Origin: Octopus vulgaris
Taxonomy: Eukaryota
Assembly: GCA_951406725.2 (NCBI GenBank)
Contig: OX597815.1
Location: forward strand, 51,956,001-52,020,000
DNA: 64,000 nt
Direction: 5' to 3'
Below the pieces are notes generated by a model that saw nothing but the letters and a program-made list of their open reading frames with translations, was not told the DNA's origin and searched no databases. A program made the position numbers and the translations under genes. Positions 13,285-26,825 of the stretch are shown in pieces. Numbering within the stretch: position 1 is the stretch's first letter; every line of letters starts with the position of its first letter.

Positions 13285-14207
13285 TCAACTTGCGCGTCTG
13301 AGTGTGTAACTGTGTGTCTGTGTGTGTATCTGTGTGTGTGTGTGTGTGTGTTTAACTTCCCGGCACATCTCCTCCTAGCCAACAAATCGTAGAACCACCA
13401 AAAATGGGTCACTTAAAGTTTAGGCGAATGAAAATTGAACTGCGCTATTTCTGTTCCGAAATTCATCTCACAAGTGCAAAAATCGATAATGTGTTTGTTT
13501 AGGCCTTATCCCATGCATTGAATAGTGAACTTTACTCAGTCAACTGTTTGACGTGAACTGTGTTCACCACATGTGCAAGCATGCGCAAATTGCATGAAAA
13601 ATAAAAAATCAAGATATAAAAACGAATCGCCATAAACATTGTAGAAATTCGGCAAAGAAATGAATTTTCGGGATGTAGCCTGGAGGGTTTTTTTCGTATT
13701 AATCGTTTGGACTTTGTGAACACATACCAAATGCTTTCATAACATTTTTAACGCTTTGAATTAAATGTGACCATTTTGCGTTGAGTCTGCAGTTTGAATC
13801 ACTTTAACCAAATTTTAGCAGGTCGGATTTTTGATCATCACGATACATCGCCAGCGACTCCCTGAAACTCTTCCCTGAAATCCCCATTGAGAAATACTGA
13901 TCTAAAAGAATAATTCAACAATGCAATTATTTGATCAACAAAAATTTATGAAATGCTTCTACGTACTTCCTATTGAGGAAATGGAACACATAAGCGCAAA
14001 AATAGAGGGCATTAAATGCTTGATTTTAAAACCAAAATAATTGAATTTTGATTGAACTTCATCCAAGTTTAGCTTAATTCGCGCATGCATAGAACGCACG
14101 AGCGCACATACGTACATTGTGTAAGAAAGTATTGATTTTGCACTCGCAGATTAATTGATTTTCCTCAGTGCGATTAATAGTCACACAAAGCCGGGCAATA
14201 CTGCTAG
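13272..14207 (+). mobile_element. Non-autonomous Helitron-like element
   Basis: 5' TATATATAAAA followed by a (GTCT/GT)n tract and CTCCTCCTAG; 3' AAGCCGGGCAATACTGCTAG followed by T (Helitron CTRR end); CpG retained. Confidence 0.72.
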
Positions 14208-14235
14208 TTACCTATAACACACACACAAACAAATG

Positions 14236-14391
14236 TGCAGATGTGGCTGTGTGGTAAGAAGCTTGCTTCCCAACTGCATGGTTCCATGTTCAGTCCCACT
14301 GCATGATACCTTGAGCAAGTGTCTTCTACAATAGCCTCAGGCCGACCAAAGCCTTATGAGTGGATTTCGTAGATGGAAACTGAAAGAAGCC

Positions 14392-14432
<41 letters not shown>

Positions 14433-14590
14433 CATAAAAATATCGTGTACATGAAAACACATTAAGAGGTTTCCAATTAGGAAATGTGTTTTAATGTACA
14501 CGATATTTTTATGTGAATACTATATAGTCTATTGACTAATTTTTTGTGCTAGGTGACTGGTAATAATAATTTCTATAATTCTTATTACCC

Positions 14591-14641
<51 letters not shown>

Positions 14642-14862
14642 GTGTGTGTGTTTTTGTGTCTGTGTTCGTTCCCCAACCACCATCTGACAACTGATGTTGG
14701 TGTGTTTATGTCCCTGTAACTTAGCAGTTCAGCAAAAAGGACCAATAGAATAAGTAGTAGGCTTACAAAGACTAAGTCCTGGAGTCGATTTCTTTGACTA
14801 AAACCCTTTAAGGTGCTCCAGAATGGCCACATGCTGGAAACATATAAAAGTATAAAAGAATA
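14236..14862 (+). mobile_element. SINE family A with an insertion in its internal TA tract
   Basis: Same arms as 4125-4595; extra sequence at 14430-14597. Confidence 0.88.
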
Positions 14863-14884
14863 TACTATATATATATATATATAT

Positions 14885-14947
<63 letters not shown>

Positions 14948-14949
14948 GT

Positions 14950-15436
14950 CACCTCTTTCTGTCCTCATACTTGATCTCTCTCACTCCTCCTCTCTTGCTC
15001 TCTCCCTCTGACCTGGCTAACCATGTATCTTCTCTACAGCAACACACCTGTTTCTCTCCCTCTGTCACACTCTAACCTCTCATCACCTGGTACAAGGCCA
15101 CCTCCTCCAATACCCCTCCCCTCAAAGGATCTTTGTCTTGCAAGTTACTGGGTGACCCCACCAGTGCTGGTGCATCCAGTCCACAATGTAAGGTGGTTGG
15201 TATTCTGAAGCGTACCCAAGTGGAAAAACCATGTCAAAACAGGCATCGCCAGTGCTGGTGCCATGTAAAAAGCACTCAGTTCACTCTGTAAGGTGGTTGG
15301 TATTAGGAAAGGCATCCTGCAGCAAAAGCCCTGCCAAAAATGACAGTGAAACCTGGTGTAGTCTTCTGCTTAACTAGCTCCTATCAAAATGTCCAACTCA
15401 TGCCAGTATGGAAAATGGATGCTAAATGGTGATGAT
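14950..15436 (+). mobile_element. 3' UTR fragment of a second RTE-type family (pyrimidine-rich UTR plus RTE tail)
   Basis: CCATGTATCTTCTCTACAGCAA.ACACCTGTT shared with 19602-20122 and 27520-27995; tail TAAATGGTGATGAT. Confidence 0.75.
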
Positions 15437-18114
15437 ATTACCAACTCTTGTATAGACTACTTCTATGATTAGTGAGTAATTAACCGTCTGGACATAGCTT
15501 TGTCTATCCTCTCTACTGTACATGTCTCCATTCATTTCTTCCTAAAAACACTGCACTCCTTTATACCATTAGCACCAGAGCTCTTTCTTTTGGGTTATAA
15601 TTTTTAAACTGAAAGCCATGCTGCAAGTAGACTGAGCTATATTAACTAAAAGCGGGTAGCACTTAGCCTGTCAATACTGTCAAGTTTGATGATGGGGAAG
15701 CCAGCCGAAGAAATTACGTGTTCTCATCTCATATTCAGTCATTGATATGAAATAATAGCATTAAAAAGCTTAAAGAACTGGAAAAATAGACCAAAGACAA
15801 ATAATAATAATAATAATAATAATAATAGAATGAAGCATACTCTTTGAGTTCATTTAGTACAAATATTTGGAATTAATCCTCTGAATAGAGAATATGTGTG
15901 TTTCTTGTTGTACCAAAGCTGAATAAGATTTAACTATGTTGAAATCATAATCCTTTGGTATTCAGAATTGCATGTTCTCTCTCGGGGTTTTTAACCAACA
16001 GAATTTCCTTGTATGAAAACTTAGCATTTATCTATCATCATCGTCATTGCTGTTATCATCATCATATGTATGCATTTCCATGCTAGTTTGGGTTGGAAGT
16101 GCTCACAGCACCTTGTCTCTAGTTACACTTGTTCATCATGTTGAAAATATCACAAAGAAGCATGCCAAGCAGTAAGGTCAATTTTGGCTCAAAGCAGCAA
16201 CAGAAAACAAATTGTCTCTTTTTGTTAGTGTGTATGTTATTACTTTTGGTATGGCTTAACCACTTGATAGCTTTCCTACCATCAACTATTTTACATTATG
16301 GGCTGGATGCATTTTTTTTCATGCTTATAGCACTTGAGAGATTGTCTGTGACAAAACTAATGAGTCTTTTCTATCCTACATCAATTTTATTTAAAGTTAT
16401 ACCTCTCTTAGACTGCTTGCTGTTGCTGCCACTTTTTGATATTCACACTTCCCCTCTCCATTCATTCTTTTTTTAAAATCCATATGCTTTATGGTATTTT
16501 TATATTATTTGTGTCTTCAAAACAATAAATTGAGTGGAAAGATAAACAATTTTAATAGATGCATTTCTTTTTTCACTGTTTTACAAACTTTTGATTCAGA
16601 TTAGCTTTGATCAAGTAGATAATTTATCCAGGAAGAAATTGCCCAATGCGTCCTTCTTTTTTAAAGGTAGTAAAATATGGTTTGAGGGGAGTTTGTTTGC
16701 AATTTTTAACAGCTTCAGTGACAACATAGAAGTTCCCTTGTTGACTCAACATGTATTTTTCTGAGTTAAGCTATTGGGAACAGGGAAGGTAAAATCTAAT
16801 GATTATATTACTAATACTTAGATTAACTTGTAAGTAAATTAATTGTAAGCTGTCATGGGAAGATGGTAGAGTAAATGAACAATATTCGCATTATTAAATA
16901 GCTAAATGACTGACTGTCATTTAGGAGAAGGAGCAGAAGACAGCAGCAAAGAGTGATAACCTGAAGGATCACTTGAACAAACATAAAATAATGGTAGCAG
17001 ACCTACTTTTACTTGCACAGGACCAGAGAGTGCAAACTATTATCTGTTGAGGCCTGGTGTTCCTAATGGAGTGGGCTAAACCAATCATTATAAGTAGGTT
17101 ATTTCTGAAAATTTGCTTATTGTTAAGAGAAATGTCACTACTTCTCAACCCTAAATTAGGACAGGAAACTGTTAGTCAGCCATGCTATCTTAGCCAAGCA
17201 GAGCTATGTGTCTTGCCCATTGGCGCAAAAGAATGACTGAAGTGGTAAAGTTTAACTTCATGACTTTGTAGTCTGGAATCTGACATCTCAACTATACTGC
17301 CTCTGTTTGTGATAATGTTCTTTAATTAATTTTTAAAAGACAAAACAAAATGACAAAAATCAAAACTCAAGTGCAAAATAAATCTCTATCATAGAAAATC
17401 TTTACTGAAAGGAATCTATCGATGAGGAATCTTTACTTCTTTGAGAACTTAGTAGCATGATGATATCTATAAAGTTTTAAAATTTTGAGAAGCAGCAGAA
17501 CCATAATCTGTAATCTATAGATTTATTTGAAAGAAGGGAAATTACTAATTATTCTATAATTTATTTTCAGGGACTGTTCTTTATTTTTTTCTCTGGAAAA
17601 ATAATTAACTTCCAATGAAAAGCAGTAGCCAAATAAATAACAGTAACATTGCTAAATTGGGGGAAAAGATTTCATTCAGGAATTGATTTAGATTGTTGAT
17701 CCTAATGGCAATTTCAATTAAAGCAGCAAATGCATTCCTTGTTTTATTTTCTTTTTTGTAATGTCTTTTTTTTCATATATTTTTAACCAAAAAACAAAAG
17801 AAAATGAAAGCATCTTTATCAAGTAGTTAAAAAAATTATGCATAAATGAAAAAATAAAAAAAATTGAAAATCCAGCTTAATTGGATTCTCTCTTTTCAAG
17901 AAATCTCTAATTAAATTTCCTCAAAAATCCATGAGAACAAAGATTAGTTTACATTATTAAAATGTTTGCTAACATATTTATCATTTTCTGATTTTGTTTA
18001 ATATATTTCTTGAATTTTTTCTGTTAGTGGTTATGATTTTAAAGTTATCTCTATTATTAGTATGAGATGCCTATATATCAGCTAAATTCAAATCAGACCT
18101 GAAAATTATTCTTT

Positions 18115-18700
18115 TCTCTTTTACTTGTTTCACTCATTTAACTATGCTGATGCTTGGGCATCGCCTTGAAGGGTTTTAGTTGAACAAATTGACCCCAGAA
18201 CATATTTTTTTAAAGCCTAGTACTTTTCCTATTAGTCTTTTGCTGAGTTACTGGGATGTAAACGCACCAACACTGTTGTCAAGCTGTGGTGATGGACAAA
18301 CACAACACATACATATGCATGCACACATGCATGCACACACGTACACACATGCACACATACACATACACATGCATGCACACATGCATGCACGCACGCATGC
18401 ACACACATGCACACAGAGGCTTCTTTCAGTTTCCATCTACCAAATTCATTCCCAAATCTCTTGGCTATAGTAGAAGACACTTTCTCAAGGTGTCACACTT
18501 TGGGACTGAAGATTTTTTTACACATGTCTTTTATCTTTTATTTGTTTCAGTCACACGCACATGTACAACAGGCTTTTTCCAGTTTCCATCTACCAAATCC
18601 ATTCACAAGGCTCTGGTTGACCTGAAGCTAGAGTAAAAAGTACTTGCTCAAGGTGCATGTGGATGGGAAGGAAACTTCTTAACACTCAGTCATACCTGTA
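18115..18700 (-). mobile_element. SINE family A, two nested/partial copies
   Basis: Two GGCTT.TT.CAGTTTCCATCTACCAAAT arms. Confidence 0.8.
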
Positions 18701-19004
18701 CACACACACACACACACACACACACGTAATTAATTTTTTGTTCTTGATTTTTTGCATCAGTACTTGTCTACTTTTACTTTTAATTGACTTATCACCTTAC
18801 TAAAGAAACAATTGTTTTATTTAGTTTAGTTGCTGAAATATTTGTAACTTTTGGATTTGGACATATTTACAAAAGTATGTATATATCTCCTGCATAATAA
18901 AAATTATGTTTTCTCATTTATAGATATTATCATTCATTGATAATATCTATAAATATTCACCATTGCTGAGTTCCCTCCCCTGTTTGCCATTCAGCGCATC
19001 ATTT

Positions 19005-19601
19005 CAGGGCTGTCGCTAAGCCCCTGCAACTCCTGTGGTTGCAGAGGGCCTCTGTGGTTGAGGGACCCCATGTTAAGATCATAGTATGTAGATGAGTTAT
19101 CTATTTACTTTGATTAAGATGCTGAACAAGAATTAAACTATGTTAACTGAAAATTTCAAGAAATAAAAGGGTAATACATTGCATCTGCAAAAGTTCTTGT
19201 AAAAATATCATTGTACCACGAACGTGTACCAGACTTTGTGGATTGTCTATGATATCTACTGAACATGATCTTAGCTCTCAGCTTGATTATTCTGAAATTA
19301 CCAATGATTTTAAGTAGTGCAAAGTGTGCCGTATTTGTCTTTGAAAGTTGCCTGGATTATAAAAGTGCTCTTTTATTCATATCTGGAAGTTGTACTTATT
19401 GAAATTTGTAATAGGCCTAAATAAATTTAACTTGTACTTTTAAAGATGTTCTTTAGAATAACATGAAATATTGAACCTCAGATAGAATAAAGTAAAATAT
19501 AGCCATGAATAAGAGGTGTGTAGATTATGAATTTTGATTGAAGGAATTGGGCCTTGAAACAAAAAGTTGCTGGGGTCTCCAAAAGTCATGCAACGGAGCT
19601 G
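19005..19601 (+). mobile_element. Internally deleted hAT (Tip100-like) transposon with 8-bp TSD
   Basis: TIR-like CAGGGCTGTCGC / GCAACGGAGCTG; TSD CATCATTT (18997-19004) / CATCACTT (19602-19609); remnant RLCGLSMISTEHDLSSQLDYSEITNDF resembles the end of the hAT dimerisation domain. Confidence 0.85.
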
Positions 19602-20122
19602 CATCACTTATGTCTCCACCTCTGACCATCTGTCACTCACCCCACACTCTCATGAGCTTAACTGCTCCTCTGTTCCCATCTCCCTCACCTGTTCTTTCCC
19701 TATCCTCTTTCATTCATCCTCTTGTACCTTGAAAGTACATCTTGACACCTCATCACTGTCCTCTCTTCTCCTTTGCCAGGTGGAGTAGCCATGTATCTTC
19801 TCTACAGCAAGACACCTGTTCCTATGCCTCTATCATACTCTTACCTCTTAATACCTAGCATAAAGCTACCTCCTTCAATTCTATACCCCCTCTCAATCAA
19901 GGCGTCTTGTTTGTGAGCTACTTGCCGACCTCTTTAGTGCCAGTGATATGAAAAAGCACCCAATACACTCTGTAAAGTGATTGGATTTAAGAAGGGCATC
20001 CAGCTGTAGAAGCTGTGCAAATGCAAACATTGGAGTTAATCACAGTCCTCTGACCTGTCAGAGCCTGTCAAATTATGCATCCTATGCCAGCGTGGAATAT
20101 GGATGCTAAATGTTGGTGATAA
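19602..20122 (+). mobile_element. RTE-type 3' UTR fragment (host of the hAT insertion)
   Basis: Similarity to 14950-15436; AAGGGCATCCAGCTGTAGAA. Confidence 0.75.
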
Positions 20123-23100
20123 TGTCATAAATAGCCTGTCTTGAATTCTGGGTCCTGTATAAATAGATGTCCTTTTCAGGCAATATCAGATTGTAGCCAT
20201 TTTATCTTATGTTATTGATGAACTGGGGAATAGCATGAATGTTAAACAATTTGTTTGCAACCTTTTTTTTTACCAATTTTAGTTCTTTATCTGAGTATAA
20301 AATCAATATCAATTATGGCAAGTACTAAAGATTTGAGATAAATTCATGGTAAATTAAGTCTGAGATCGGGCTTTCATTTCTGGTTGTTGGCATTTCATGT
20401 CAGCTATATCATTAAATGTCCTTGAAGAGAATATGATGATCACACAATTTCACTTTTCCTCTCCTATAAACCACTCAATGTTGGAAATTGATATTAGTTT
20501 CTTATTTATATTCAAGGACTGTTTATGTGCAAGCCAGAGTACTATCAATCAAAACTACTGTTGTATGTATTACAGGTATTTATTTTAAAAATCCACGAAA
20601 TTTGAAAGACAAAATTGGCCCTAGCAGAATTAGAACGCACAACATGGAATAGCACTTAGTCAAGTAATCTTCTGATTCTACAAAACCCATCATTCTTATG
20701 TAACAAATCAATATTAATAAACTGTTATTAATATAGCTTTATACAAAGTTTCAATAATGACAGCATCATAAAAATCTAGTTAAATTTGTTTCTGAAAGTA
20801 ATTAAATAATTTACTGTCTGCTCCAACATACTATATAATTATTTGATTTACTAAAAAATAATAAATAATCTCAATTTTCTTTCACTGTCATTCCCTCTCC
20901 AATATATATATATATATATATTTGGCACTTTATTACTATCATGGACTGATCTAAATGGCTTGATTGCAATTCTTACACATGAAAGTTAATCAGAAATAAG
21001 GTCAGAGAACTAATTTGAGAGAAACTACTTGTTTCACTGACTTTATATTTAAACCTGTCATGATAAAAATGAGTTGCTTTAAACATTCTAGAAGCATATG
21101 GCAAAAACTCCCCCAAAACAAAAACAAAACAAAACAAAACAACCTCACATGCACACATTTACAGATGCACTCATTTGGGAAAGAGAGCAGGTGAGATAGA
21201 AACAGAGAGATAGAGATAGATAGATAGGTAGATAGATAGATATAGAGTTAGAGAGGGAGAAGGAGAGAGGGAGAGAGAGACATCTTACATTATATTGATA
21301 TTTTTTTATATAGTTTCCAATTGCCAAGCTTAATTTCTAGTTATATATTACTATTGACAAACAGTTACTTGTCAGTATTCGATTAGTATATGCATTAATG
21401 CAATTTTTCTTATTAATGATAATATCAAATTCTTTTGATTACACTCCTCTGTATCCAGATTCATAGATTTCACAGGCTGGTAATTAGGTTTTATTTTTTA
21501 AAATCTTAAAATGAATTCTAGTCATGAAATAAGAGGAAAATAAATAAAAGCATTTACAGAAAACATCAACTTTACATTACAGTTGTAAAAGTTTATGAGA
21601 TTATTTAGACTGTTTTTTGTTCTTTACCATTTTGATTTGATATTCAGTTACTAAGTTTATGCCAGCAAGCAAAGTTTATTCCAGTGAAATTTTAATCTTA
21701 AATACTTAAATATCTTTTTAGAGGCTGTCTACTTCTATTTCTTCTTTCCCATGCTTGTTTCTCTAACTCCCTCTATTCTATTTCTTTTCCTTTTTTTTTG
21801 TTCCTTTTCCATATACATTTATGTTTTTCCACCTCTTTCTGAGCACCCCTTTAATCTCTCTCTATCTCTTCTAGCTTTTCTTCTCTTCAGTCTTAATGAA
21901 TTTTTTCTCTTCCCTTTTTGGTCCCCACCTCACTTTCATTTCCTTATACTTAGTTTCTTTGTCAACCTCTTTTTAATTTTGTACCCTTCACTGTATTTCT
22001 CATACATTTTTCTTTTCCTAAATTCCTCTATGTTGATATTTTTTATTTCTAATTCTCTGTTTTTCTTATTTTGTTGCCTTTTAGTCTTAAAGATTAACGT
22101 ATTTGCTCACCTTTATGGTAAGCTATAGAAAATAAACAAAAAAGAAGCAAAAAACAATTGCAACTTGATGTTGAAAAATTTTTGATTTGTTTTACCCTTT
22201 TAACTGCTGAAAGTAACAAAACAACTAAGCAGGTTAAAAAAAGTATTGTCTGAAATCTCATTAAACTATGATTAAAACAGTCTCTAGAAAATACAAATCA
22301 CATACTATGTGAGATGTGATGCTGTAGTTATCTTTGTTTTATTAATTTAAAAAAAAAGTTTATTCAGGTGAAAATGTCTGTCTGCTTTTTAACTTATATC
22401 AAGTATTTCTGAGAAGAGGTGCAGAGATCCTAATGTTTGCAGCAGGTACTCTTAAAGTGGGAAGATTCACTCTGTGCCCTACCTTGACATCTGTAAGTCA
22501 TCAATGTTTGTAGGAATGACAAAAACTGGGGTCTAGACCCATTGCTTGCCGAAAAAGAGAAGTCTGCTAAAGGCATCCAAAAATTTGATGCTAGTGAGAT
22601 ATAACTATCTGGAATTTAGTCTGTTGGTTGAGTTATGTTAATTTATGAGAAATGAGTTGAGATTGGTGATAGATTATAAAACAAAATAATTACTTTGTTG
22701 TGGTTATGTAATGTAAATGAATTTTACACAAATTTAGTGAATCAATTCACTAAATTTAAAAAGATCTCCTTGATATAAATATATATATATATTTATATAA
22801 AGAGACTTGGTAAGATGAGGATGTGAGATAGATATGTCAGATCATCTGTGAATACTGAGACCTCAGTTGATGAAGTGCAGAGGATTGATGTGTATGGTGA
22901 AAGAATGACTTGTGGAACATCCAATTCATGCCAGCTTGGATAAGCAACCTTTCTTTTTAAAAAAGTAAAGTTAACAAAGCAGTATTGATGGTGATGATGA
23001 TGGTCATAGTGAGAGTTATGACGATGAAGATAGGTGATGATGATTAACTGATACCTATAATTTGTATCAGGCTTTGTAGTATAATTATCCCCAAGAAGAG

Positions 23101-23649
23101 AAGATTTTAAGTGACAAAAAAGAAGCAACAACAAAAAAACAAAAAACAAGCAACAACAACAAAAAAAAAAACATCTGCATTTTTTTTTCATTCCTACATG
23201 AAGAAAGATGCAAGACAAGCTATGGCAGTCTACAATAAATGATATAGATTATTTCCAATTTTGGGGTCAACTTAATTAAATGAAATCAATGAACAGATAT
23301 GAATATCAATAGTGATGAACATTATTAATATGATCAGTTAGAAGAAAATTTGTGGATATATTTTTTTTATTCTTTTACTGGCTTCATTCATTGGACTGTG
23401 CCTATGCTGGTGTACTAACGTTCAAGAGTAAAGTTGGTCATATCAACTCTGTAGACGGGTATTTTTGTTTTATTGACTTCAGATGGCTAAAAGGCAAATT
23501 TGACATAAGTAGGACTCAAATCAGAATGTAAAAAAGAGGGGTAACTGAATGTCATTAGGTATTTTATTAATTGCTCTTCTGATTTTATCATCCTCCATAC
23601 TTGTATGTATCTTTTCATATTTATTCATTTTCATAGTTGTTTAAAGAAT

Positions 23650-23825
23650 GTGTGAAGTTATCAACTTCACTTTCCAGTCACATAGTTTTGGATTCATGCA
23701 GTCATATTGCATGGCTCCTTGAGAAATTGTTTTCTACTATAGCTCTGGGCTAACCAAAACCTTGCAAGTAAGCTTTGTGGAAGGAAACTAAAAGAAGCCC
23801 ATTGTGTGTGTGTTTGTGTGTATGC
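23650..23825 (+). mobile_element. SINE family A, 5' arm, old
   Basis: TTCTACTATAGC..ACCAAAACCTTG..GGAAACTAAAAGAAGCCC. Confidence 0.7.
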
Positions 23826-23884
23826 ATATATATACATATTTATATTTATCTATCTGTCTGTCTGTCTATCTAATAAATATATAT

Positions 23885-26750
23885 GCAACACTAACTTCAG
23901 GAAGCCAGACAGCCACCTGATAACCTATCAAACAGGTGACTCAGATTGAATCAATGAATCAGGTGACCCAGATTGATTTCATGGTCTCCAGACAGTGGGA
24001 CACAGGGTTGCTCTTAAATACAAAAACCCTTCCAGGTGAAGAATGTACACCCCAGGATAGACTAGTAATTAGTGACTTTAGACTTGAGGCCAGAAGGATG
24101 CCAAAAAAATCCAGAAAAGAAGGATTTGGAAGCTAGAGAACCCTTCACATAGTCAGAGATTTAGGGACATTCTCATAAAGAAACTTGATGAGAGGGAGGA
24201 GGAGCTAGAGACCTTGGGCATAGAGGGTAGCTGGAAATTCCTACGGGACAGCTTACTGAGTGCCACAGACCAAGTCTGCAGATGGTGCACAGTCTCTTCC
24301 AGACCTAGAGTAACATGGTGGTAGAACAATACGGTAGACAAAGCCATTAGAGCAAAGAAACAGGCCTGGAAAGCCTGGAAGAGTGGAGATTGCAGGGAAC
24401 TGTACCAGATAGCCAGAAGGGAGGCTGGGTGACAGATATAACATAGCCATAGAAGAAGCAGAAAAGAAGTTTGCCAATGTCCATTGACGTGAGGATGAAA
24501 GAAGTGAAGTGTTCCAGATTGCAAGACAGTGTGTGAGGCAAAACTGTGATATGACAAGAGAGAAATGTGTCTGCATGGATGATGGTGCACTTGCTATTAA
24601 TGATTCAGAAAAGAAAGAGACTTGGAGAAGCCATTATGAAAGATTGCTGAATGTGAAGAATGAATGGGAGGAGGAGAGCCTGCCAAATGTTGACCCAGTA
24701 GAGGGACCAGCTATCCACATAGACAGCACCCAGGTAGATAAAGCAATTAAAGGTATGAAGCCAGGAAAAGTCTCCGGCCCATCAGGAATCACTGCTGAGA
24801 TGCTTAAAACATCTGGTGGTGTGGGCTATGGCCTAGTCAACCGTATTGTAAAGCAGGTAGTTCATGATGGAGTCATACCCATTGACTAGCGTTGTAGCAC
24901 CATAGTCAACTGCTACAAGGGTAAAGGTGATGCTTTAGATAAAAATAGCTACAGGGGTATCAAACTGCTGGATCAGGTGATGAAGGTCCCGGAGAGGGTC
25001 TTAGCCCAACTAATTAGGGAGAGAGTCCACTTAGATGAGATGCAGTTCAGTTTTGTGCCAGGTAGAAGCACCACTGGTGCTATATTCCCGGTACGGCAAC
25101 TGCAGGAGAAATACCTAGACAAAGATAAACCCCTATACTTGGCTTTTGTGGACTTGGATGGTGGGCGATGCGGAAGCTGGGGATTGATGAATGGTTAATA
25201 AGGGCTGTACAGGCCCTATACAGAGATGCCGTTAGTAAGGTTAGGGTTGGCAATGAGTATAGTGAAGAATTTGGGTAGAAGTAGGGGTCCACCAAGGATC
25301 AGCCCTCAGCCCCTTCTTATTTATCATAGTCCTCCAGGCAATAACGGAGGAATTCAAGGCAGATTGCCTCTGGGAGCTCCTCTATGCTGATGACTTGGCC
25401 CTCATAGCAGAATCACTACCAGAACTAGAGAAGAAATTCAAGGTGTGGAAGCAAGGGCCTTGGAGCCAATGTCACAAAAACCAAAGTTCTAGTAAGTAGG
25501 AAGGTGAACACATCACACACCCCTTCAAATAGGTGACCCTGCTCGATCTGTAGAAAAGGTGTAGGTAGAAACTCCATAAGACGTACCCAGTGTAAGCTAT
25601 GGACGCAGCAACATCAAAGGAAGATTAACCGGGATGATAGCTTTCGTGTGCAGCAGATGCACAGTGGCAATAAACACCACAGATGCTCAGAAAATAGATT
25701 CCATCACATGCCAGGAGGAGAAACTAGAAGTAGTTGATAGTTTCCGCTACCTAGGGGACCAAGTCTGTGGTAGGGGTGGATGCTCAGAGAGCGTTACCAC
25801 TAGAATAAGAATTTCCTGGGCAAACTTCAGACAGCTTCTATCCCTACTGGTGACAAAGAGGCTCTTGCTCAGAGTGAAAGGTAGTTTGTACAATGCATGT
25901 GTGCGAACTGCCATGCTTCATGGCAGTGAAACATGGAGTGTGACTGCTGAAGACGTTTAGGCTCAAAAGAAATGAAGCTAGCATGATCTGCTGGATGTGT
26001 AATGTCAGTGTGCACACACGACAGAGTGTAAATGCCCTGAGAGAAATGTTGTACATAAGAAGCATTGGATGTGGTGTGCAAGAGGAAGATCTTTGCATCA
26101 GTATGGTCATGTACTACAGATGGATGAGGAGAGCTGTGTGAAGATGTGCCACTCCCAAACTGAAAGGCATCTGGAGTAGAGGGAGACCCAGGAAGACATG
26201 GGATGAGGTGGTGAAGCATGACCTTTGAATGTTGGGCCTCACAGAGGAAATGACAAAAGACAGAGACCTCTGGAGATATGCTGTGACTGAGAAGATCCAG
26301 CAAATAAAGTGAGATTACAGCTGTAACCTACACCATTATTGCATAACCAGCCCACTCAAAAAGTACCTTTGGATTGTAGGGCAACATGCTGTACTTGAGG
26401 AGACCTATTGAGTCAACATCAAAATGAAATCAAATCACAATCAAATAGAAATTGTAGTTGTGGTCCCTGTGCCAGTGGCACGTAAAATGCATCTGAATGT
26501 GGTCGATGCCAGCCCCCTCACCCCGGCTGGCTTCTGTGCTGGTGATATGTAAAAAGCACCACCCGATCGTGCCAGCCCCCTCTGGCCCCTGTGCCAGTGG
26601 TACATAAAAGCACCCACTTCACTCTTGGAGTGGTTGGCATTAGGAAGGGTATCCAGCTGTAGAAACATTGCCAGATTATACTGGTGCCTGGTGCAACCTC
26701 CTGGCTTTCCAGACTCCAATTGAACCATCCAACCCGTGCCAGCATGAAAA
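23885..26750 (+). mobile_element. RTE LINE, 5'-truncated; ORF pseudogene about 23885-26310 plus 3' UTR
   Basis: End of APE domain (HLITY..QIDF..), GKVSGPSGITAEMLK, YRGIKLL, QFSFVPGRSTT, LAFVDL, GVHQGSALSP, LLYADDL, FRYLGD, GRPRKTW; many stops and frameshifts. Confidence 0.96.
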
Positions 26751-26825
26751 ACAGCAAATAAGAAAATAGAGATGTTCATTTACATCTGTAGACGTTCATT
26801 TACATTTATTTATTAAGTAACGTCA

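Noticed and set aside
16925-16993. Possible small coding exon EKEQKTAAKSDNLKDHLNKHKIM
   Set aside because: Weak splice sites, no recognisable homology, no partner exons
18918-18954. Short perfect palindromes (also 22731-22756)
   Set aside because: Short and AT-rich with no further support
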